DNA of 56,727 nt, taken from NCBI GenBank assembly GCA_048886745.1, contig JBHLKK010000004.1, positions 1 to 56,727 of the forward strand, read 5' to 3'. The notes below the pieces were generated by a model. The model made no database searches and was not told the origin of the DNA. It saw only the letters and a list, made by a program, of their open reading frames with translations. A program made the position numbers and the translations under genes. Below, in pieces: positions 18,343 through 26,998 of the stretch. The DNA comes from Candidatus Hodarchaeota archaeon. GTDB lineage: Archaea; Asgardarchaeota; Odinarchaeia; Odinarchaeales; JBHLKK01. Position 1 is the stretch's first letter. Every line of letters starts with the position of its first letter.

Positions 18343-20811
18343 TTAAGACGCAGGATGTGTCTCAACCTTATAAATGTTGACTTCAAGGTTTTGAAATATT
18401 CTTGATACATTGTAGTAAGGTGCAATACTCTCAATGTCAAATATGACAGGATCATTGAATTTAATAAATATGAAAATGCTTCCCGCTTTATCATCGAATG
18501 TAGCATCGAGATATTCAATCAATTCGTAGGATTCTGAGAAATACATTACAGTCGGTTTGATCACTAATGCACACAGGGTTTTATAGGGGGTTTTTTGGTG
18601 CCAATCCCCCCATGCAGGCGTCTCAAAATTAGGTGCGAATATTATTGCATCTGCTCCCAAATAGCTATTAACCCAATTTATCCCCTCACCCATAGGAACG
18701 CTCACAATAGTATTAATTGGATGATTACTCCACGCTTCTATTGAATGCCCATAAGAAACATACGAAATAGATAACAGAAGGATGACAGAAGCCGGTCTCA
18801 GGTAGCCTAGTACCTTATATATTTTGCTACTCGCATGAAAAATGTCAGTCTTAATCGAATCTAATTTTATGGCTGCAAACATGATTAACGGTATGTCTAT
18901 TCTTGATAAGAGCCTATGAGTCCACAGATTCCGCCAGAAGATTGCTGGGAGAAATACACCCAGAAGCGATAACAATAATAAAGCTGCGATAAATGCAATT
19001 ACAATCCCAAGCCCATTCCTGTAATTTCTTAATGGTATCCCTGCTATAATGCCTATTGGTACCATTGCATTGACTACATACCACCAAGATGGCATTATTG
19101 CATATATGTCTACGTTTATATTAGGAAGATTTAACTGACCAAGAAAATAGGCCAGTAATGCGGCGATTATAGCCAGAAAAATAATCGCGGATGAGATTAT
19201 GCGAATTGTTACATCCTCAACCTTAGGTAACCAACTATGAATCTTCTGTCCAATAGACTTGAATTTGGGTATAATACTATCCTTCATTATTACAAAGAAA
19301 ATTCCCACATCCATAATAATGAAGAATACGGGAATAAGCCATAAGGCAGAATAAGAGAACTGCAGTTGTGAAACTCTGAGCCAAACATATTTCGCTAAAA
19401 AGAATTTATAGAGTGGCTCCAATGCTAACGTAAGAAGTACTGATGCGACTAAGACCTTTGAAAACCCCTTCAATCGCTTCTTATATAGAGAAAGAATTAG
19501 TAACGAACATAGTAAAATTGCAGTTTCCATAATGTTGTGTGAATATAAGGATACGCCTGCAAATAAGGCAGTCAAGAGGAGATTTATGGCACTATTACCC
19601 ATTTTATTGAGATAACGGTAGCCAAAAACAATCCCGAAAATAACTAGGGATAAAGTAAACAGATGTCCGTAAACGGTGAACAACATTCCTCCTGCCCCGT
19701 AAGAAGTCAAAAGATCGAATTTGTTTGTTGATGTTGTGTATAACGCTAGAATCTGAGTATTGGTAAATATATTATACAAGAAGTAGACAGAAGATATCTT
19801 TCCCATTAGTAGAATTAGTAATGCATAATAAGGAGTTTTAGTATTTTTTGGAAATAGCGTTTTTATTAGCACATATATTGAAAGAAATAACAGTATGGAA
19901 TAATACTGTAACGCCGCATATACATAGAGCATTGGAATGTATGCGACACGGCTTACGATGTAAAAGAAAAGTGGAAAACCCAAATATGGCTCCCATGTCA
20001 CATCAGAAACAGCAAAATTATTTGCAATTCTCATATACTCGTAAACATCCCACCTTGTATACCCTCCCAAAGGTCCTGGAACTGATATAACGTAGTAAGA
20101 AGTAACCATTACTACAGTCAGTATGACAAAAGTTAGTAAATGTAGATTAAAACTGACAGGATTACATTTTCTACTAGCATTAGACTTCTGTAGATATCTA
20201 TTCTTCTTTAAAGTTCTAAACCTCAGAGAACTGATCGTCGCTATTAGAATCCATAACCCGATCACATAGGTCAAAGGTGTTAAGACACCAGTTGTGACTA
20301 GAAATGTCCCCATAACATTACTGATGCAATAGCTCAAAGCCAGAGATACACCGATTTTTCCAAGTCTGTCCAAACCCCAGCTCCTCAAAAAGTATTCAAC
20401 GATCAAATAACCCGGCGCAAAAGTAGTCAGAAAACAGGCTGAAACTAATTCAAATAATTGTAAAGGGCTCATAAGTATGAATGTCTCAAAAATGTGCTCC
20501 GAGCTTATTGTAACCGGATTTTTTGGCATGAAAACTACAGCTAAACTTGTGATTGCTGTAAAAATAAAAAACAATAAGAGTCTCTTGCTAATATTCATAT
20601 GTAAACTAAATCTATTTCTCAACGGTATTCCGATGTTGAGGAGCAACGTCATAAACAGAACAATGAGAACTATGAAAGTGACTGTAAAGAGAATCTTTAG
20701 GGTCAAGGTGGCGATACCAAAGAATATCAGTAATACCCCTAAAGCTGTACAAATTGAGAAGAGTAAAATTGCGCGGTTCTTCACCTTGTGCACCCCTATG
20801 GCTTTTGTCAC
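18343..20811 (-). CDS. Large polytopic membrane protein, possibly GT-C/polymerase-like
   Basis: 822 aa, many hydrophobic helices, a loop RWDVYEYM...PYLGFPLFFY and a small soluble C-terminal domain. Lies directly downstream of a GT2 gene. Confidence 0.6.
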   Translation of the reverse strand: MTKAIGVHKVKNRAILLFSICTALGVLLIFFGIATLTLKILFTVTFIVLIVLFMTLLLNIGIPLRNRFSLHMNISKRLLLFFIFTAITSLAVVFMPKNPVTISSEHIFETFILMSPLQLFELVSACFLTTFAPGYLIVEYFLRSWGLDRLGKIGVSLALSYCISNVMGTFLVTTGVLTPLTYVIGLWILIATISSLRFRTLKKNRYLQKSNASRKCNPVSFNLHLLTFVILTVVMVTSYYVISVPGPLGGYTRWDVYEYMRIANNFAVSDVTWEPYLGFPLFFYIVSRVAYIPMLYVYAALQYYSILLFLSIYVLIKTLFPKNTKTPYYALLILLMGKISSVYFLYNIFTNTQILALYTTSTNKFDLLTSYGAGGMLFTVYGHLFTLSLVIFGIVFGYRYLNKMGNSAINLLLTALFAGVSLYSHNIMETAILLCSLLILSLYKKRLKGFSKVLVASVLLTLALEPLYKFFLAKYVWLRVSQLQFSYSALWLIPVFFIIMDVGIFFVIMKDSIIPKFKSIGQKIHSWLPKVEDVTIRIISSAIIFLAIIAALLAYFLGQLNLPNINVDIYAIMPSWWYVVNAMVPIGIIAGIPLRNYRNGLGIVIAFIAALLLLSLLGVFLPAIFWRNLWTHRLLSRIDIPLIMFAAIKLDSIKTDIFHASSKIYKVLGYLRPASVILLLSISYVSYGHSIEAWSNHPINTIVSVPMGEGINWVNSYLGADAIIFAPNFETPAWGDWHQKTPYKTLCALVIKPTVMYFSESYELIEYLDATFDDKAGSIFIFIKFNDPVIFDIESIAPYYNVSRIFQNLEVNIYKVETHPAS

Positions 20812-20821
20812 TTTATTATTT

Positions 20822-21811
20822 TCATTTCTTGATAAATCCTTTCAGCCGTCCTATTATGCCTCCGATGGAGAAACATAAAGCAATGATCGGAATAAGTACA
20901 ACTGACTTAAGATCTAAATCAATATTGGCTATTCTACTTTTGTAATAAATCCAACCAAGGTATCCTAAAACGCTCAATCCCAAGACTATTATTGGTGTAA
21001 AAATCCCAAAAAATATTAGAGTGATCATCATCGCAGCAGGAATCGATAAGATCGCCAACAACGGCATCAATATGAGAAATCCACGGAGATAATTTTTGTG
21101 CTTCTTTATGTAATAACTATAACCCATTCCCAAGTTGTGACTCCACCAAAAAACCTCTCGCAATGATGAACGATGGTTATGATAGACAACCGCCTTTGGA
21201 GTAAGCTTTAGCTTATGTCCCTCTTTGATTAATCTATGACTGATATCGACATCGTCTGCACCGTAGGCAATTTTTTCGTCCCACCCCCCAATACTCTCTA
21301 CTGTAGACTTTTGAAAAGCAGAATTGATGCCTGCGATACGTTTGCGACGCATATCGGAAATTTCTTCCTTATGCAACCAAGCCACGCCAACTAGCTCAAG
21401 TAGTGTTATTCCTTTTGAAATGGCATCTGAATGTAGTGACCTGACTATTCCGCCAACTCCTTTGGTCTTATCATCCGAGACAAAAACCTTAACTAGCTCT
21501 TCTAGCCAAAATCTATCTGCAATGCAGTCGTCATCTGTAAATGCTATTATCTCCCCATTTGCGTGCTTTACACAAAGATTGCGTGCAGAAGATAGCCCTC
21601 CTATCTTCTTTCGGAAAAGCAATCTTATTGGATATTTTTTGAGCCTATTATATGCCCTAGTGCTTTCATCAACAACTACAATTATTTCGTATTTATCGCT
21701 CGGATAGCTTTGACTCAGAAGTGACTTTATCGTATCCTCTAAGGTCTTAGCTTTGCCAAGCGTACAAACTGCAACAGTTACGAAGGGAAAGCTGTTACCG
21801 AGTTCACTCAT
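20822..21811 (-). CDS. GT2 family glycosyltransferase with C-terminal membrane helices
   Basis: GGLSSARNL, IAFTDDDC, GGWDEKIAYGADDVD, hydrophobic C-terminus. Confidence 0.9.
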   Translation of the reverse strand: MSELGNSFPFVTVAVCTLGKAKTLEDTIKSLLSQSYPSDKYEIIVVVDESTRAYNRLKKYPIRLLFRKKIGGLSSARNLCVKHANGEIIAFTDDDCIADRFWLEELVKVFVSDDKTKGVGGIVRSLHSDAISKGITLLELVGVAWLHKEEISDMRRKRIAGINSAFQKSTVESIGGWDEKIAYGADDVDISHRLIKEGHKLKLTPKAVVYHNHRSSLREVFWWSHNLGMGYSYYIKKHKNYLRGFLILMPLLAILSIPAAMMITLIFFGIFTPIIVLGLSVLGYLGWIYYKSRIANIDLDLKSVVLIPIIALCFSIGGIIGRLKGFIKK

Positions 21812-21828
21812 TTATAAGCACCGATAGT

Positions 21829-22863
21829 TCAGACTTTCACCTCTATGGAATTGCCTGTTTTTATGCTTTTATACGCTCCATCTAGAACAGCTAATGTTTC
21901 TAATGCATCATCTATCGGGACCGGCATACGTTTCTTGTGTTGGAAGGCACTCATAAGATGCCTGTAGAAGCTGTCATAGACCATCTTTGTCACTCTAAAA
22001 AACCTTCCCGATAGAATGTCTGGAATAACTCTCATGCGTGTCGTGAATTGTCTTATATCGTCAAGTGGTGTAGGAATTCCACTGACTCTAAAAAGCGTGT
22101 TGTATCTAGGATCGATTTCAAGCCTTCCGGAAGTTCCTATGAACGACATCACAAAACGAAACATACCTGTTAGCCATGAAACATCTATTGTACCAACGAT
22201 TTTTTCATGAAAATCTATCGAAATCTGTGCATAATTAATGAATTTGCAGAAGGATGTGTAATCTCCGCCTATTGCGAAAACTCTTTTGGGTTTGGACTTC
22301 GATATCCAAAGAATGGCATCAACTACGTGGGGAGTGAAGTCCAGTAAAACACCAGGTTCATAGTACAACCATGTTCCTCTGGTCCATTGGTTGGGGAAAG
22401 GGGTATGGGCTATTCCGTATACACTGGTTAATCCCCCCAGCTGCCCGCTTCTTATTATTTTTCGAGCTTTAATTATTGAGGGATAGTATCTATAATTCTG
22501 AACTACTGTTGCTCTTATGTTGCTTTTCTTAATTGCTTTCTTAATCTTGAGTCCGTCAGATAGAGAAGCGGCCAGTGGTTTTTCGATAATTAAGTGTTTT
22601 CCTGCCTGAGCAGCCTTTATGGCTACGTCCTTATGTGTTGGGGTAGGGCTGGCAATTATGACAGCTTCAATTTCCTCATCTTTTAAAACAGGATCAATGT
22701 TCTCGTAGTATTTTTTTATGCCAAATTTTTTTGCAACCCTCTTTGCGGCATTTTCATTAGGATCAACAATAGCCAAAACCTCTGCATCTCTTATTTCTTT
22801 CAAAGAAGGCAGGTGACCCCGACGAGCGATTGCCCCAGCACCTATTATAGCAAATCTCATCAT
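21829..22863 (-). CDS. Gfo/Idh/MocA family oxidoreductase
   Basis: RFAIIGAGAIA, IASPTPTH, HLIIEKPLA, VQNYRY, LLDFTPHVVD. The start is more likely ATG 22863 than 22914. Confidence 0.9.
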   Translation of the reverse strand: MMRFAIIGAGAIARRGHLPSLKEIRDAEVLAIVDPNENAAKRVAKKFGIKKYYENIDPVLKDEEIEAVIIASPTPTHKDVAIKAAQAGKHLIIEKPLAASLSDGLKIKKAIKKSNIRATVVQNYRYYPSIIKARKIIRSGQLGGLTSVYGIAHTPFPNQWTRGTWLYYEPGVLLDFTPHVVDAILWISKSKPKRVFAIGGDYTSFCKFINYAQISIDFHEKIVGTIDVSWLTGMFRFVMSFIGTSGRLEIDPRYNTLFRVSGIPTPLDDIRQFTTRMRVIPDILSGRFFRVTKMVYDSFYRHLMSAFQHKKRMPVPIDDALETLAVLDGAYKSIKTGNSIEVKV

Positions 22864-22882
22864 ATTTCTACTCCATCCATCA

Positions 22883-23776
22883 CTATGCCACTTTCTTTCG
22901 CAGCCAGGATGCAAATCTGTGCATTGTCCACTCCATTTTATTTGGCTTATAAATTTGACATATATCTTTCAAATCTCCAGTGATCTGATAATCCATCGAA
23001 CCAATTTTCATTTCTTGGCATTTCAATATGTGTGTTATTGATTTTGGATTGAAACCCAAGATTTTCGCTGCTATAGCATCTAACGCTACGGGATCATTGC
23101 CAACCAAAACTAAATTGGATCGTATCGGATACCCAAAAGCTGGTCCTTGTATGCCAACATGGGATAGTATTCCATCGACTATACACAGGTCCGGTCTCAT
23201 GACTGTATTAATCTCTGCTATCACGGAGTCGACCACACCGTGATATCTACTCTTTCTAACTATTGGTAAACAACCGAATTGATTCTTTAGGCAGCAAGAG
23301 ACCTTCGTTAAAGAATTTATCTTCAGTTTCGGGGCTGAAATAAAGAAATCAGTTTCAGCCAGAGTCTTTGGTACCGGTACTTCCTTCAAAACATCTCCAT
23401 TTGATTGTTTGTATTCGATTTCATCCTGGCTCAGATTTACATACTTTGCATCCCATTTTTTTATGACATTCATAAGACCAAACCATTCGATGAACAAATC
23501 TGGCATGGCAACACTAGCATCGCTTTCAACAACATTGATAATGACTTTGTCTTCATATTCTTCTCTTAGAATTCTTAGTAACTTATCCAAAAACAGAGGA
23601 TGAGTTATGGCTCCTGAATCTGGAGGTCTTGCATCACAGAGATTGATCTTTATTGAAATGGTTGAATCACTATCCAAATCTGGAAGTTGATAAGATTGCA
23701 GCGCTTTCTTAAGCTTTTCATAGAGTGTTCTATAGCTGGTTTTTAGTATCATAACTTTTGCTTCACTTGTGGGCAA
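22883..23776 (-). CDS. DUF362 domain protein
   Basis: ISIKINL, AITHPLF, VVESD, ISAPKLK...VSCCLKNQFG, CIVDGI, DPVALD. Confidence 0.85.
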   Translation of the reverse strand: MPTSEAKVMILKTSYRTLYEKLKKALQSYQLPDLDSDSTISIKINLCDARPPDSGAITHPLFLDKLLRILREEYEDKVIINVVESDASVAMPDLFIEWFGLMNVIKKWDAKYVNLSQDEIEYKQSNGDVLKEVPVPKTLAETDFFISAPKLKINSLTKVSCCLKNQFGCLPIVRKSRYHGVVDSVIAEINTVMRPDLCIVDGILSHVGIQGPAFGYPIRSNLVLVGNDPVALDAIAAKILGFNPKSITHILKCQEMKIGSMDYQITGDLKDICQIYKPNKMEWTMHRFASWLRKKVA

Positions 23777-24037
23777 GTAGGTATTTCCTCCATTTTCTAT
23801 GTTCTGAGAACAAACATGAGTTTTATCCTTTAATCCTTTCGATAAAAGGATTTTGCTGTAGGGCTTCTCTCTCCAATTTTGCTTTTAGGAGTTTTAAAGG
23901 ACCATTCATTTTACGATCACTTTTTGTGGGCAACAAATGATATCTTGGCACCAAAAAACACATCGGAGAGGTTTCATTAGCAATCTTGTAAATACTCTAA
24001 ATGGATTCCCCAAAATTTGGATTTGGAGAAGGTTCAA

Positions 24038-24892
24038 CTACATTTTCAGGTGTTTTTGACTTATCCTGTTTTGCATATTTGCTATCAGGCTCCTTATTGG
24101 CCCTGCTCGAGGATAAGTAAACAAAGCAGTAATTGTACTGATACAAAAGGCAATATCCCTGAGCGACCTGAAGCCATATTGGACTGCTGCAAATGCTTTG
24201 GATCTAAGATAATTCAGTCTGTTTATCAACCATTCACGGCCTCTTGTTATCGATGTTGGATTCTCTCTTAAATGGAATAAAAACTTGGGAATGTTCGCTA
24301 TCAGATAACCGGCTTTTATGGCCCTCAACCAGACCTCATAGTCTTCATTTGCTCTAAAATGGGGGGAATATAACCCGATATTTCTAAAAACATCCTTTTC
24401 TATCATGACGCTTCCATGTATGATTGGATTATGGAGCATCACTATTTTCCTGATCGCCTTACTATCTGTTGGTGGTGTTGCCACTCCGACCATTTTCTCT
24501 TCGTAATCGACAATCTTAGCCCATGTTCCGACTATGTGAATCTTACTGCTTTTTAGCAGTTCTAATTCCCGTTCGAGCCTCGTCTTTACGCTTATATCGT
24601 CACTATCCATTCTTGCGATAAATTCCCCTTTAGAAGATACTATGCCCCTATTAAGTGATCTGGTAAACCCTTTTCGGGTCTTGTTACATATGACCCTTAT
24701 ACGCTTATCGTCTTGATAGTCATTAATTACTGCTATTACGTCTTTATGGTGTTTATCATTCAGATCAGGGTCAATGATGGTTATTAGCTCGAGACTATCG
24801 TGTGTCTGGTTTAATATACTCTCTATGCTTTTCTCCAGATATGGTCCATAGGTACGGTAAACTGGCATTATGACTGAAACCAGATCTTGCAT
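24038..24892 (-). CDS. GT2 family glycosyltransferase
   Basis: VSVIMPVY, GFTRSLNRGI, IARMDSDD, EDYEVWLR. Confidence 0.92.
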   Translation of the reverse strand: MQDLVSVIMPVYRTYGPYLEKSIESILNQTHDSLELITIIDPDLNDKHHKDVIAVINDYQDDKRIRVICNKTRKGFTRSLNRGIVSSKGEFIARMDSDDISVKTRLERELELLKSSKIHIVGTWAKIVDYEEKMVGVATPPTDSKAIRKIVMLHNPIIHGSVMIEKDVFRNIGLYSPHFRANEDYEVWLRAIKAGYLIANIPKFLFHLRENPTSITRGREWLINRLNYLRSKAFAAVQYGFRSLRDIAFCISTITALFTYPRAGPIRSLIANMQNRISQKHLKM

Positions 24893-25188
24893 GTGCTCTT
24901 CACAACTCGATTTTAGTGATCACTTATTGAATAATTAAATGCTTTCTGGAATCCCAATTAATATATATTAGGATATGTGGAGGTCATCCCTGTTTTCCTA
25001 ACCTGTTTTACTAAAGCTGTTCTATTAATTAATGCTATGAGTTTTGCTTTGTAGTTGAATCTAGTTATCTATCATAAATAAACTAATCTATATAAACATC
25101 ATATCATCCATTTAACCTAGGCAGATGTTTAACTGTCGCTTTTACTGACTCTGGCGATAGTATATATTCATCAGGAGGAGGGATAAGT

Positions 25189-26154
25189 CTGACAGATTAT
25201 GCTGGAATTAGTGTTCTGGTTACCGGCGGTGCAGGCTTTATCGGTTCTAATTGTGTTGATACTTTGGTAGAGAAGGGCGCAGATGTCATCGTTCTTGACA
25301 ATTTCCAAAGTGGATTGACAGCCAACCTTGAAAAGGCCTCAAACAAGATTAAGCTCGAGAAAGGTGACGTACGCGATTTCAAGTTAGTGAAGCGTCTGGT
25401 TGCCGATCGGGACTTAGTGGTTCACTATGCTGCTAATGCCTCTGTTCCGGCTTCCGTCGAGAATCCATTATACGATTTTGAAACGAACGCTCTGGGCACC
25501 TTCAACATTCTTGAAGCAGTTCGCCAGAGCAGAGGTAATTTAGTTATTGCTTATGCATCTTCTGCTGCTCTGTACGGTGAGGTTACAGGAACTGCTCTCA
25601 AAGAAGATCTGTGTGCTAGACCAATTTCTCCTTATGGTATTAGCAAAATGTGTGGTGAGAGTTATTGTAGACTGTTTCATAAGACATATGGTATAAACGC
25701 TGTTTCTTTGAGGTATTTCAACGTCTATGGACCTCGACAGCCCCGATACGTAATGTTTGACTTCCTCCGTAAACTATCCAATAATCCAGACAAGTTAGAG
25801 ATTTTAGGGTCTGGCAGTCAACTTCGTGATTTCATCTATGTCGCTGATGCTGTGGGTGCTACTTTGATGGTTGCTGGTATTCCGTCTGCTTCTGGAAAAG
25901 TTTTCAATGTTTGCACGGGCGTCGGAACCTCTGTGTCGAATATCGCTAAGAATATGTTGGATCTCTTGGGTTTAGAGAATACAGAAATTGTGTTTACTGG
26001 CAAGAGCTGGGAAGGAGATGTGAATATCTTGGTTGGAGATCCATCAAAACTTGCCAATCTTGGCTTTAAGCCAAAGTATTCGCTGCGTGAAGGACTTCGG
26101 AGATTAATCGAATGGTATATTAAGGTCTATCCGACGGATTTACGTCTTATTTAG
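25189..26154 (+). CDS. NAD-dependent epimerase/dehydratase (UDP-glucose 4-epimerase-like), probable CTG start
   Basis: The frame extends upstream of the tracked TTG 25264 through VLVTGGAGFIGS. There is no in-frame ATG/GTG/TTG before the upstream stop, and CTG 25189 follows AGGAGGAGG. SPYGISK, RYFNVYGPRQ and RDFIYV are present. Confidence 0.9.
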   Translation: MTDYAGISVLVTGGAGFIGSNCVDTLVEKGADVIVLDNFQSGLTANLEKASNKIKLEKGDVRDFKLVKRLVADRDLVVHYAANASVPASVENPLYDFETNALGTFNILEAVRQSRGNLVIAYASSAALYGEVTGTALKEDLCARPISPYGISKMCGESYCRLFHKTYGINAVSLRYFNVYGPRQPRYVMFDFLRKLSNNPDKLEILGSGSQLRDFIYVADAVGATLMVAGIPSASGKVFNVCTGVGTSVSNIAKNMLDLLGLENTEIVFTGKSWEGDVNILVGDPSKLANLGFKPKYSLREGLRRLIEWYIKVYPTDLRLI

Positions 26155-26279
26155 ATAATTGTGGCGTCAATGATATTTTGAATCATAAACAAGTCTTTTA
26201 TGTCCACTAAACGGGATTCAGAAAAACGTTTTTATTACTTGCATCATATATGATGCCATATCGATTTATGGTGATTCCA

Positions 26280-26864
26280 ATGAATCCTTGGCTGGTAAAT
26301 ATCTTGGCTTGCCCGATTTGCAAATACCATCCTTTGAGAACCTATTTCTTCAGCTGGGAAACGTCGGATGAGCAGATTGAGCAGATCTCCAAAAAAGACT
26401 CAAAGGCTGATGTAAGCGACCGCCTTCTAGAATACCTAATTCGGGAGTTTGCAGAAGGTATTATTAGCCTTCCTGCTCTTGATGCTGTTGAAGATTTGAG
26501 TGGAAATGAAATGACTTCTCGGCTTGCGGCAAGCGCAAAAGATACTGCCATAAGGCTTGAGAAAGCCATTAAATCATCCAGAGAGAGTAGGGAAAAAATT
26601 CTGAAAGACTCCGAGCCTGATCTGAGTCTCGTATATTCTTATTTTCATTTGATTTCAGCAGCCGAGGGTCTTCTTCTATGTGATGGATGTGACAGGTGGT
26701 ACCCGATTGGTAATAGGGTTCTAGGAGTTCCTGAGATGTTACCGGACGATATGCGCCGCAAAAGGTCAGAAATTGCCTTCTTAAAAAAGTGGCAGAATTC
26801 TGTTCCTGAAAAAGCGTTGAATGAAGGTAAACCTTTTAATTTGGCTAAAATTTCTCAAGAATAG
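26280..26864 (+). CDS. trm112: Trm112 family methyltransferase activator with a long central helical insertion
   Basis: MNPWLVNILACPICKYHPL ... EGLLLCDGCDRWYPI...VPEMLPD split zinc-ribbon. GGTGA SD lies before ATG 26280. Confidence 0.85.
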   Translation: MNPWLVNILACPICKYHPLRTYFFSWETSDEQIEQISKKDSKADVSDRLLEYLIREFAEGIISLPALDAVEDLSGNEMTSRLAASAKDTAIRLEKAIKSSRESREKILKDSEPDLSLVYSYFHLISAAEGLLLCDGCDRWYPIGNRVLGVPEMLPDDMRRKRSEIAFLKKWQNSVPEKALNEGKPFNLAKISQE

Positions 26865-26998
26865 CTGAGTCAAGCTTTGCCTCGACCCTTTTTTCAAGTT
26901 CTTACTCTACTTTTCCATAAAAAGCTACCAATTTCCTTGAACACCCAGCAAAAAACTTTTTAAGGATTTAACCTTTCAAAATCTCAAAGGTTGAGATT

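Noticed and set aside
23777-24037. Intergenic gap and ORFs 23758-23940 / 24017-24271
   Set aside because: No motif and no supporting SD. One is largely antisense to a GT2.
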